Assembly: GCA_009103225.1 (NCBI GenBank)
Contig: RHPI01001037.1
Location: 841,031 to 905,030, forward strand
Direction of reading: 5' to 3'
From: Chlorokybus atmophyticus
Lineage: Eukaryota > Plantae > Mesostigma and Chlorokybus algae
DNA: 64,000 bases
The translations under genes were made by a program, and so were the position numbers. Below the pieces are notes generated by a model. It was not told the origin of the DNA. It was given only the letters and a program-made list of their open reading frames with translations, and made no database searches. This document shows, one piece after another, positions 11,460 through 23,600 of the stretch. Each line of letters opens with the position of its first letter. The stretch's first letter is position 1.

Positions 11460-13394
11460 ATGGCAGATCGGAAGCGCGTGCATCTGAGCGCGCTAGAGAA
11501 GAAGCAGATATGTGAGTTGCACGACAAGTATCCAGACTACTCTCACGACAGGCTGGCACGCGAGGCCACCAACAAGTTGAAGAAGGCAATCAAGCGCAAC
11601 ACCCTGTCCGTTATCCTTTCAGGCAAAGAGAAATGGTTATGAGTTGACAAGGCAAAAAAGCATGCAGCAGCCAAAATGACAGAGCGCAGTGCACGCTATG
11701 AGCGCCTAGAGCAAGCATTATTCTTGTGGTTCCAACAAGTGAGTACTTGATAGTCTCTTACTGCAATTTGCTGATTGCACACTTGCATGCATGCGTGTAC
11801 ATGCATGCACTTCAACACACTTGCATACACTTTCAGTCAGTAGTCTTGTGCTGCCAGTTGCTGACTGCATATTGCATAAGCGTATTCATGCGTGCACATG
11901 CATACAATTGCATGCACGTGCCAATTGAATGTGCTATGTCAACATTTGCGGAAGCGTAATGCAAATGTGGACATCTCGGATGTCATTCTGACTGGACAAG
12001 CCATTAAGATAAGAGATGAGATGCACATCGACGAGGCAGCGTTCAAGGCGTCCTTCGGCTGGTTGGACAAGTTTAAGAAAAGTAAGGCGTGTGTTGGATG
12101 GTGGCTACCTCGTGTATCATTAAGATTTGCTACTGAGCATGTTGTGTTGTTAGGCATGGCATGAGATGTGCTTCAAATACCAAGGTGAATCCGCTGATGC
12201 CGACGAAGAAGGGGTCGCCAGGGCGCGAGAGAAGTTGCCGCTGGTCTTGGACGAGCTTCGTGCAACGCCAGAAACCAAATACAACTTTGATGAGGCTGGT
12301 CTGCAAATACGACAAACACCAGACCGCACATTGGCCACCGAACAAGTGCGAGGCCGAAAGAAGTGCAAAGAGCACGTCACGCTGGGCTTCGTCGTCAATG
12401 TAGATGGCACATGCAAGGAACGCATCGTCTTCATTCACAAGTATGCAAGACCACGCTGCTTTGGCAACATCTTCAATCCACTTTAATTTGTGGACTACTA
12501 CAACAACGCCTCGGCATGGATGACCACCAAGTTCTTCCTACATTGGTTGAAGAAGCTCAATGCACGCATGTCAATGGCGGAGAAGCACATTGTGCTGCTG
12601 CTGGACAACGCATCAAGTCACATCTTGCCGGACGCTCATGTAGAGAAAGGAGAGCTTCATGGGCTGAACGTTGCGAGGTTTACACATGTGACGCTGGTTT
12701 ATCTCCCTCCTGACACCACCTCTATTCAGCCATTTGATCAAGGCATCATCGCGTGCTTCAAGGTTCCATACAGGAAGTTGCTGGTTGAGTGGCGGCTTTC
12801 ACAAAGTGAGGAGGCCTCCACCCAAGTCTCAAACCTCAAAGCTAACATCAAGCAAGTCTTGTATTGGGCAGTGAGTGCATAGGAATCGGTGGAGCAACAA
12901 ACCATTCGCAATTGCTGGAGAAAGGTGAGGGTTCTTCCAGCATCATGGGACGCCGACATTCGTGAGGCCGATGAGCGATCCACAACACGCCTGGAAAAGG
13001 AGGACGTCGAAGAGCTCGCTGCACTCATTGATTGCCTCGACATTAAAGACAAGTTGACGGCGGAAGAGTATGTCAACTTGGTGGAAGAAGATAAAGTTAA
13101 GGCGGAGTTGAGTGTGGAAGAGCTGGTGGAGATGGTGACAGAGCCCGATTGACCACGATGGAGGAAGAGGATCACGACAACATTGATGTTGACAACATTC
13201 CCCCACCGTGCGTTCCGCTACAAGAAGCTCGTGTGATAGCTAGCCGTCTACAAGTGTTCATTGATGACAATGCATACACATTCACACCATGTGATGCTCT
13301 AGACATGCAGCGCATCATTGCCAAGACGTTGCGCGCATTAGCCGTCAACACAACACGCGCGAGGCAAACGGACATTCGTTCATTTGGTGGTTAG
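11460..13394 (+). pseudogene. CENP-B/HTH + DDE_1 (pogo/Tigger) transposase with two introns, in-frame stops and a frameshift
   Basis: MADRKRVHLSALEKKQIC..., LEQALFLWFQQ, FKASFGWLDKFKK, YNFDEAGL, VLLLDNASSH, YLPPDTTSIQPFDQGIIACFK, TIRNCWRK. Stops near 11640, 12484, 12880. Confidence 0.9.
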
Positions 13395-14748
13395 AGGGGT
13401 GTATTGTTGTCAAGTATTAATTGAGAGCTTGAGTTGAGGCATCACATACAAAGCTCTTTATGTTCATGCATGTTTGCATTTGAACATGACTTGATTGCAA
13501 GCAACACCATCAACTCATCTCGCTGCAGTGACCAGTTGTCACTACATAGAGCACAACCCAGCAGTTGGCTCAAACCTCGCTATAACGACCAACTGTCACT
13601 ACATAGTATACTTACGTTCCAGTGACTGCTGGTCTCTACATCGAAGAAATGACACCTCTGTGTAGTGACAAAACGGCCCAAAACATCCGTGGTCACTACA
13701 TCGAGGGTAGACTGTACTTCGACTGGCTGATTGCAAAGGTGCGGTGCACAGCCATGTGTCCTCATGTCGTCACAACACTGTTCAAACGCGTACTGCATGA
13801 CGTCATACGCAACCATCCATTCTGCCAGCATGACAATACGGTGTAACCACCCGTACCGACTGCTCTATAGTCATAAAGGCAGTCGCGGCCGTGGTCTCGC
13901 AGTCGAAGCTAATCATTGACACGGCCCCCTTCCGGATATGACAGCATCGCCGGACTTTGCGTCAACTATAGTCCGGTAGTCTTGCCCGTAAGTCGGTCGC
14001 ATGCTCCCTACGTGGATAGTCATCTGACTGGCGTAGTGCCGGCCTCGACTCCAAAAGTCGCACTGCGCGACACGTCTCAATGCGGCGCTCAAGGCATAAC
14101 GCCACGCGTGGTGTTTTATTATGTTTGATGTCATCCAGGATAGATATCAGCAAGCAGTTCCTATCTCAGGTAGCTGAAGCGGCGACGCATTAGAGGCAAT
14201 TGGGATGTGGACACTGTTGCACAGTGTCAAAAGGGAAAGAATAAAAGGCGTGACCAGTGCGGGAGCAGTACGGTTCAGTGAAGCAGCAGCGTGTTTCGAG
14301 AGGAAAGAGTGCTGCCGCCGCCGACTACGACGACAACGCCCTGCACCTGCGTGTCTCGAGCCTTGCACAGGTGCGTGTGTGAGAGAGGTTGGGTCGGTGT
14401 TGGGTCGGTGTCGGCTGCCATGCCTTGGTCGCTCTCTTGCATTATGGCGGATTCTGCGAGGGCGTGGCCTGTTGCTGTCGCTGTTGGTGGCGGTGTCATG
14501 GTGGTTGTTGTTGGTGGTGGTGGTGGTGGTCGTGTCGTGATGGCCGTTGTTGATGTTGAAAGTGTTGCATCTGTCCCTGCCAGTATGCTCTGGGCCACAT
14601 GGAGTGTGGGTGACATGACCCTGCGAGCCTGCGTGCATGTCAACTTGTTCGGTTGCAATGCCACACTCACATGCCCAACCCAGCCCCACACACTCTCACC
14701 ACTCTCCTTCACCACCCACGTCTCCTCCACCCACACAGACCAACCACC

Positions 14749-16039
14749 ATGTCCACCTTCTTCGACACGCCGATCCTGCTGGCCCTCTCCGCCGCTGCCG
14801 CAACAGGTGCGGCGCTGTCCGCGACCACCGTGGCGTGGCTGTCCCAATCAACATCCGCATCCGTGGTCGGGAGAGGCGCGTCCGACAACAAAGAGAGCCT
14901 TGATGCCAAAGTTGCCAACGCACGCAAAGTGCTCCAGGCGGCCTCACCCGCGCCTACCAAAGTGAAGGTAGGTGTACATGCGTGCGTGCGTGCGTGCGTA
15001 GGCACATACACATGTATGCATGCACCGACACACACTTGCGCACCAGCGTGTATGTGCGTGCACGCGTGGGTTGATGTGCGCATGCGTGTGTGTGAGCGCA
15101 CGCATGTGTGTATGTGCTCACGCATAAGCATGCGCATGCTCGGACATAGTCATCTGCAATTACAGCATTGTCGGTCCCAAGGTATACCCATGTGACACTA
15201 TGCTCAACACAACAGACTCAACGCTCACTTGCTGTCGTGTCTGTGCAGCATGTTGACGAGGCGGCGCTGGAGTCCGACGTGTGCGCGCGGTTCGCGTACC
15301 TGTGCGAGTTCGTTGGTATGGGCGCGGCGGAGGTCGCGTGCGTCAAAGGCACTGCGCCCTACCTCGCCCCACTCGTACCTGACATCGTAAACGCAGTATA
15401 CAACAAACTCTTTTCATACGACGTCACAAAGGTGAGAGCAGGGTTGCCATTGCTGTTGCTGTTGTGTATGTCATTGTTGTTGCTAGTATTCTTGCTGTTG
15501 GTGGTTGTGTAGTAGGAGTAGGAGTAGGAGTAGTCGTTGTGGTTATGTTGTTGCTCTGACTGACGACTGATTTGTTGTTGAATTATTTCTCCTTGCAGAG
15601 GCATTTCGTTCCCAAGCAGTACGGTTACGACGGCGCCGTTCCTCTTTCCCTCTCCGACCTCACTCTCGACCACGCCCAGATCCGTTTCCGCAAGGACATG
15701 TTGTCCAAATACCTCGTCACCCTCGTCACGGGCGACTACTCCAGCGAGAAGATGGTCCGTTACCTCGACCGCGTCGGCAAGATCCACACGCCGTCCGCTG
15801 GCTCGAAGAGTATAAGCGTTCCCTTAGTACAAATGGACGCGCTGATGGCGTTCGTTGCGGACGCCGTGGCGGCGGTGGTGGGGGCGCTTGGGTTGGATAG
15901 GGAGGCGGAGAGAGCCACGCAGAGGGCGTGGGGGAAACTGCTGTGGATACAGTCGGACTTGATCGCGAGACATTACAATAATGCACCCGCGACGATTCCG
16001 GACGGAGTTGTTGCCAATGGCACTGGCACGGCCAAGTAG
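14749..16039 (+). CDS. Protoglobin/sensor-globin-type single-domain globin (fungoglobin-like) with hydrophobic N-terminal extension; 3 exons (14749-14967, 15249-15431, 15599-16039)
   Basis: RFAYLCEFVGM..EVACVKGTAPYLAPLVPDIVNAVYNKLFSYDVTKRHF ... YLDRVGKIHT ... VPLVQMDALMAFV ... AWGKLLWIQSDLIARHY. B10 Tyr, CD1 Phe and proximal His positions are recognisable, and all introns are phase-consistent GT-AG. Confidence 0.85.
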
Positions 16040-17150
16040 GGCTGCTTCTGTAAAGTGTTGGTGTCACTCAAACAAGGGTAGTTGGTACCTAATCTGTTGT
16101 AGTATGATTTAGGCATATTGCTGTGTATGGAGGTGACATAGATCAAACTGATGGGAAGCTGATTGCCTCTCCCTGCCACGTCATGTTTCAACTCTGACGT
16201 AGTTGTGCATTGGAGTTGTGGGGTCATGGTGCCAACTGGAAAATTCATACCCTCATCTGCATACAAACTGTGGCTGACACTGCCACAGAGTATCATGGAG
16301 GGGGGCCATTATTCACAACTGCGCTGGCACAGCAACCTGACCGTGGGCTGCGCTCGTCTGATTACGCTCCTGCAGTTGATGATTCATGCAGACTGTACAT
16401 GCACCATGCTATCGGCTGCAGGCTGGTGCAGTGTACAAAAGATGGAGTGCTGATAAGACCGCATGCAAGGGGTCAGGGGTGTGCATCACGCTGCATGATG
16501 TTCCAGTTTGCCGCAGGTGAATGATCAGTTGACAGTGGAAATGGTCGCCATATGTGCTGTCCGTTGCTTGAAATGTAATTACATGGCGGGCCTTAGGCGA
16601 AGCAACTGAATTAATCTGGCGAGCATTGGGTATCAACATGAGCTTTGCCGTTGTTACAATGGCGCTTCTTGTGTTAAAGCAGGACAAGAGAGAGCATCCC
16701 TTTGTTCAGTGATCAACTCGGTGAGACGGAAAGTTGTTGCCTACAGCCACATTGACTGGCTCTCCCTCCAACCAACTGCTGGCTGTGAAGCGTCAAGCTT
16801 GCTGTCGCACTTCCGTAGCAACTTGCAAGCTGGGCTGAACTTGTGGTTGCCACCACGACACTCACTTTGTTGAGCTGCATGCAGGCTCATCAGGCCGCAC
16901 AGTCTGCTGCACACATGAAGCACAAACCCTGTGCAGTACAGGTGTTGAGGGCTTCCGCTGCTGCGTGATGCACAGCGCAACAACCAGCACTGCCTTGCAT
17001 AGATACATGTACTGACGTCAAGCAGCCAGTGTAGCATTGCACTCGCGTCTTCGCCATTGCTGAATGACTCCACACGTCTTCAAGCACCAGCCGGCCATGA
17101 AGTTTATGCTTTGCTGCGTTGCCTCCAAGGGGGCATGCCCCTGCTCTGCT

Positions 17151-20095
17151 CTACCTTTCCCGTTCGTACCGATTATACCCCCGGGTGAAGTTGCGTTCGT
17201 ACCTTGGCTGCTCTGCGGGCTGCTGATGCGGCTGATGCACAGGCAGCATGGGCAGGACAGGCTGCGGCACGTACTCCTCCATGTCGGCAGCAGAGGCAGA
17301 CTGCTGTTGCTGGGATTTCTGCTGCTGTTGCTGTTGTGCTGCCGATGACGACATAGACAACTGCCGCGCAGGCCCCGCGCGCTCGTGATTCGGTCTGCTG
17401 TAAGACGCGGAGACTCCCTCCGGTTCATACCTTGATGTTGATGCGGGGTCATACCTGGCCTGGGAGCCCGCTGCTGTGGCATTGTAGCCAGACGCCCCAC
17501 CGGCAGGGTTGTCGTACACATGCAAGACCTCCGCGCGCTGCCCTGCGTGGCTTTGGTACACCACCGGATCGTAGCGCTCGTGCTGCTGGCCGGGAGGCGG
17601 CCGAGAGCGAGTCGGCGTGGACTCTCCTCCTTGCTGATGTTGGTGTTGCTCAATTGGTACGCGCGACTGCGGCATTGATGCATCCTGCGAACCACCTGGG
17701 AAGCTCTGATACTGCTGCTGCGTGTTGAAGCGGTACTCCGCGTTGCGATAGAGCCCCTGCCCCAGGCGTATCGTGTCTTGTGTTGTTCCCCCCAAACCCA
17801 AGTGCTGCTGCGGCTGGCTGGAAAATAAACTGTACTGCGATGGCTGCTGCTGTTGCTGCTGCTGCTGCGCATCCGCCTGCTGCTTCTGCTGCTGTTCGGC
17901 GAGTGCGTTCCTCTGCTGCCTGTCGCGAAAAGCCACCTCGTCCTGTGCGTACCGCTCCTGCCGCTCCAGCAACTTGGCCTGGTGGTCCACCTTCAACTCC
18001 CGCATACGCTGCAAACAACACCAAACGGTAACTTGACCTGAGTAGTCCACAGAAGCGTAATACCTCCCCCTACCTGCTCGTGCCGCTGCCTTTCCTCTTC
18101 TTCCAGCTTGCGAAAGGTCACGGCGAGCGCGTCCACGTCCTTGCGGAACGCGGCCTCCATGTCTTCAAGCGACTGCCAGTCCTTGGAGGACATGGGGGCA
18201 GCAGCCGCGGCCACAACTACGGGCGGGGGAGCCGCGAGAGGCGTGGAGAGACGCATCGGCTCCTCTTGCTGATACTCGGGAAGCTCCTGCTGCCGGGGTA
18301 GATAAGCGGGTTGGTCAACAGCCAACATATATGCAGTGTGTACTGTTTGTGTGTATGCAAACCTGTGCAGAACTTGGAGCAGCGAAACCGTTGGGCTGCA
18401 GATCGATGGCTGTGCGTGGGAGGATTGGCTGCTGGTACTGCTCTTGCACATGGCTGCTGCCTGAGTAAGCAAGAGGGTAAGTAGGCCCACATTGTCGCTT
18501 AACGGATGTTTTAGCAGCGTCTGCTACCATGCTAGCATACCTGGCCTGGTATCACGCATGTTGTCAGAAGTTGGGACTAGGGAGTTAGGGAGGTTCCAAA
18601 GATGCACATCAGGAGGTGGCCAAGATCCCGCGACCGGGTGCTGTGATGGCATGTGGGGGAGCTGGCCCGGCCCGGGCCGCTGTGGTTGTGCCGGCTGCTG
18701 GCTGACAGCACGCCCACGAGTGTTGACATCGTGCTGCGCGGCCAACTTGTGAAGTAGATCCTCCGCCAGGGCAATGGCCTTGGAGTCCGGGCCAATGATG
18801 CGGGCTTGAAAGGCGCCCTCTGCCGGGTTGGTGATGACTTCAAAGTTGATTCGGCAACCGCTCTCCTTCTCAAGACCCTGCTTGAAACGTCACATTAGCT
18901 GGGCAGGGTAGGATGATGTGCATACACAACCACGCACACGCACACGCGCGAGCGCACATGCATGTATGCCGTTACATTAAAAGCACTGCCTTACCTGTAC
19001 GACGCTGCCACCTGGTCCTATGAGCTTGGGTCGCAGCCTCGCTTCATGAAACTTGATTATGTGCGTGACTTGCCGCGGCGGCAGGTTGTTTGGGCATCCC
19101 TGCGCAAAGTGCCCATACTCCCCGCATGCCTTGCACGTCATCTCCTCCTCCTTTCTCCTTTTATAGTGGCGCTCTGTGCTCTTAGCTTTTGCCTCCCAAC
19201 CCTGGACAGCATACTTCTGAGTGTGAGATGACACTTGGCTGCCACTGGAGCAGAACAACAAGCACGAAACAGAATCAATCGTGCTCACCCTGGCTTCACG
19301 GGAGGTGAAGTCGAGGGGGAGGCCGTTGTCGTCGTAGTGCGGGAAGTCGGGGATGTCGTCATTGCCGCGCCGCTTCATGCGCGAACCGCCCTCATCAGCG
19401 TCGCTGCGGCGCCCGTCGAGAGGGCCGGAGTAACCACGCTCGTAGATTGATGAGAAGAAGTCATCCTGCATTGGTGCGAATATGAACAACAACTTCAACA
19501 CTTGTGTTCAAGTATGTGATTGCAACCAATGCCGGCTTCCGTCATCACGAGTTGATTCACTTGCATTGCAAAACTGATGTTGGTCAACCAATGCTGCCAT
19601 ATCGCCACCATTGAATGAATGAGAGACACTCTTGTGCTCTGCATGCAATCAACGCTGGCTTTTCCCTGCCAATTCAACTTCCATTGCACGAAACGCTATT
19701 GATCAACCCATGCTGCTTACATGCAGCACTGATTGAAAAGTCTGGCTAAGTGACTCAAACCCCACCTGGCCATCCTCATCGCCTCTCCTAGGAGAGGGCG
19801 GAGGTCTCCCTCCTCCTCCTCCTCCTCCATGTCCGTCTCGCTCTGGCGGGTGAGACTGCCTGCCGTTGAGCGGCGGCGGCATAGGCCCCCGGCCAGGCGC
19901 TCTGTACTGCTGATCCCTCACATCCCTGGCATCCCTGACGTCTCTAACGTCCCTGGGGTCCCTGGCATCCCTGACGTCTCTAACATCCCTAACGTCCCTG
20001 AAGTCCCTGGCGTTCCTTCCATCCCTGACGTCCCTGCCGTCGTCGGCCCTGGATGAGAGCGCATGCTGAGGCGGCGGCAGCCTCCCTCTCTGCAT
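17151..20095 (-). CDS. CCHC zinc-knuckle + KH-like domain RNA-binding protein with Q-rich C-terminus (multi-exon; start may be 20243)
   Basis: MTCKACGEYGHFAQGCP (CX2CX4HX4C), RLRPKLIGPGGSVVQ|..LEKESGCRINFE (KH IGxxG loop), coiled-coil and poly-Q exons, RD-rich N-terminus. Confidence 0.75.
19915..20040 (-). repeat. 9-bp coding tandem repeat giving (RDV/RDA)n
   Basis: GRDVRDGRNARDFRDVRDVRDVRDARDPRDVRDVRDARDVRDQ in the first exon. Confidence 0.85.
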
Positions 20096-20248
20096 GAAGC
20101 TTGCAACAAGCAAGGGATGGGTTAACGTCCAATTCAAATCCCCAACAACTCTTGTCTTGCCTCCATCCCACAACCCCAGCCCCCCTCACACCGCCGTTGC
20201 CGCCACGGCCACTGCCACCACCAACGCCACAATTACCGCCCATGTGTG

Positions 20249-20274
20249 TTAGGGTTTGCCTTACGTTAGGGTTT
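20249..20274. promoter_or_regulatory. Two telo-boxes (TTAGGGTTT) in the divergent promoter between the zinc-knuckle and RCC1-repeat genes
   Basis: TTAGGGTTT at 20249-20257 and 20266-20274; the plant telo-box is AAACCCTA. Confidence 0.6.
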
Positions 20275-20645
20275 TAAGACATTCAGACACAGCCATCGGA
20301 TGGTAGCAGGCATTCAACGGCCGAGATGTGTGGTTGCTTAGCTCACGTGACCTGCCGCAGCTTTAACGGTTGACAGCGACCAAAACGCAATCTTAACTGA
20401 CCGCATTGTGCGCGTGCAGTTTGTTAAAGAGACGCTCCCAACCAACACCCACACATCTGTAGCTAGGCGGCACCGCCGGCGGCGGAGGAGGAGAAGGAGA
20501 CGGGATTCAGACTACTGCAAGGCTCAAAAGGCTGCCAAAGCTCCCCAAAGAAAGCGTGATGATACCATTCTGTGGAGGACTGGGCCATTCGATGGCCAAG
20601 TGATCAGCCAGCAGGCAATGCGCAGGTAGACTGACTCTGTCGCCG

Positions 20646-23600
20646 ATGATGACGATGACAACAAAGATGGTGATATTTCCGAGGAGGATGGCGGTGGCAT
20701 GGGCGATGTTGTCGCTGCTGTTGTTGTCGGTATGGACAAGCACCGCCGCAGCTGCAGGTAACCATCTCGCATCGTCGTGATGCCTCTGCATCTCCATGGC
20801 ACAAACAGTTGGAACCAATTGCATGCTACTGCTACTAAGTATACATGTTGCAGCTGTCGGCGGCAACATCAGGGGTGTTAACTACGCCAACAACGCCAAC
20901 GGCATCAACACCAACAAGGCAAGGGTGCGGTCTCTCTTTGCATTCGGGCGCAACAACGCCGGGCAGCTCGGCCTCGGCCACACCCGCGACGTCCCCACCC
21001 CACAACTCGTCAGGCAAGAGAGTCACGCACCAAGCACAATAACATATGCATAGCCTTATCATTCTTGTTGTCATGGCTCAGCTCGTTTGCGGGACGTGTG
21101 GTGGCTGGCGTGGCTGCCGGCGGCGACGAGGGCGGCGGCATCGAGGGCTTCTCCCTCGCCTTCACCGCATCGGGGAGGCTCTTCTCCGCCGGCAGCAACG
21201 CCGCGGGTCAGGTACACACAACAACAAATGTCATGACATCTTTACACACTATCATCCTCATCTCCTCCACCTTGCTACTACAGCTTGGCGTGGGTGACAT
21301 GGTGGACAGGCACGCCCTCACCCCGGTCGATCTCCCCAGCGGCGCCGGCAAGATCGTCTCCGTGGCCGCCGGCAAGGTGAGCTGCTATAGGTGCTCTTGG
21401 CACGGTTTGCATGGTGATGCCCGTAGCAGCAGTACTGGTAAAATCTGTGCCAGTGTTAGTGGCGTGTTACTTGTAACAGAAGTAGTAGTAGAACAAGCAG
21501 GACAACTGTTAAAACAGTCCAAAGTTGGTATCAGCAGTAGTGGTGCTGTCAAGATATGAGTTGCTGGTGGCGGCGGTGAGTAGAGGCAGGCAATTGCATG
21601 TCACTGGTAGTACCAGTAGTCGCTGCTGCTGCTGCTGCTGCTGGCAGTTTTCAGTGCTATCAGTAGCCGCTGCGACGTTCTGCAGTTGGTAGCACCAGTG
21701 TTGGTAGCTTGCTACTACCACTAGTGCAGTGGTAGTAGTCAGTTCACTACTCGAAAGTACTGTGATGTGTGACTAGTACAGCTTACCTTGTAGCAAGGCG
21801 ACTACACAACAGCCAGTGTACGTCATCATAACCCTCCACATTGATAACCTAATGACAGCGGAAAGCTTGTCCCCCTCCCCCCACCCCCNTGTTTGACGAA
21901 TGTCCCGTATGCGTGTGCGTGTGCGTGTGCGTGTGTCGGTGTGTGCAGGCGCATGCGTATGCGTAAGCGAACAGTGAGTGAGACAGAGAGAGATTGTACC
22001 TTGATTGTGTGGGCGGAGAGGCCTCCTGCGAGGACTTGCACGGGCACCCCACGGTTGTTGGTGTCGCCAAGGCCGAGCTGACCGGCCCTGTTGGCGCCCC
22101 ACGTGTACACGCGGCCCCCCACACACACACACACACACCGCACAGAGTTTCGCTGTGGCGGTGTCCGCGGAGGGCCGCGTGTACACGTGGGGCGCCAACA
22201 GGGCCGGTCAGCTCGGCCTTGGCGACACCAACAACCGTGGGGTGCCCGTGCAAGTCCTCGCAGGAGGCCTCTCCGCCCACACAATCAAGGTACAATCTCT
22301 CTCTGTCTCACTCACTGTTCGCTTACGCATACGCATGCGCCTGCACACACCGACACACGCACACGCACACGCACACGCATACGGGACATTCGTCAAACAC
22401 GACTGTTGCATACATATAGGCTGTAAGTGCGGGTGCCGCCCACGTTGTCGCGCTCACTTCCGCCGGCGAGCTCTTCGTGTGGGGTGCCAACACCCGCGGC
22501 CAGCTCGGCCTCGGCATCGCCAACACCGCTCAGGGCACAAAGAAGCCCACTCAATCGGGTGAACAACAACAACCACATGTCCCTGAGCACAGCCTCGAGC
22601 CCGTCAAGCTTGCGGGGAGCATCGCGGGCATCGTGTTCGTGGCCGTGGCGGCGGGAGGGGAACACACCCTCGCAGTGTCCAAGAACGGGGAGGTGAGAAT
22701 GAGTGGGGGTGAGGTGGTGGGGTGGAGGAGTGAGAAGTGTGATACCAGGTGTATGCGTGGGGTGCAAACGAGTGCGGGCAGTTGGGTCTGGGAGACACTT
22801 CGGACCGCGCGACACCGACACCCATCCTACACAAGTTCACGCGCTCCAAAAGCGTGCAGGTAGTGTTGCCGTTCCTGCTGCTGCTTGTGCTGTTGTCGCT
22901 GACATTGTCATTGTTGTTGTTATTGGTGGTGGTGGTGATGTCACCGTCGTCGTTGTTGCTGCTGTCGGTTTTGCTGTTGTTGTTGTACTCATTGCAAGGC
23001 CATACCACACACACCAACATGTATACACCCAGGTCGCCGCCGGCACCCGCCACTCCCTGGTCCTCACCGACCAATCCGACATCTACACGTGGGGCTGCAA
23101 CGACTGCGGCCAGCTCGGCATCGACATGCGCTCCTCGTCATCCAACTCGCGTAACTCCGACCACAAGCACACTTCTTTCCCTCGACATGTTGAATCGATA
23201 CGTGGGACGAGAGTAATGGCGGGCCCCACGTCCTCGGGCGCGATCATCACGAGCGGGAAGCTGTTCGTGTGGGGGTGTAGCAGGCATGGGGAGATAGGTT
23301 TGGGAGATACGTCGAGGATGATGGCGCCGAAGATATTGAGTGCGGATACGGCAGCGGGGAAGGTGAGTAAGGGAGATGAGTGGGTGGAGGTAGAGATGTG
23401 TAGATGCACGCACGCACACATATGCGCACATTCGTGTGCGTGCATCAACACACACTTGATTGCACACGCGCGCTCACGCACATATGCATATTCACACGCT
23501 CACGTGCACACGCGTGTGCACGCACTCTGTTCATGCACGATCTTCGCAAGTGCTCATGCACGTGCACACTCGCGCAGTACGAGGCCATTGCGTTGGGCGC

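Larger units (their letters stand above)
10348..13714 (+). mobile_element. pogo/Tigger-family DNA transposon (full length, degenerate), TA TSD
   Basis: TIRs CAGTCTACCCTCGCTGTAATCACC and (rc) CAGTCTACCCTCGATGTAGTGACC, TA at 10346-47 and 13715-16. Subterminal CTCGC...GACC repeats at both ends; encloses a DDE_1 transposase. Confidence 0.92.

Noticed and set aside
21890-22399. Perfect 228-bp inverted duplication of an RCC1 exon that could make dsRNA
   Set aside because: The arms are 100% identical and the left arm begins at a single N next to a poly-C run. Other gaps in this window also abut poly-G/C, so a contig-join artefact is more likely. Long reads would decide.
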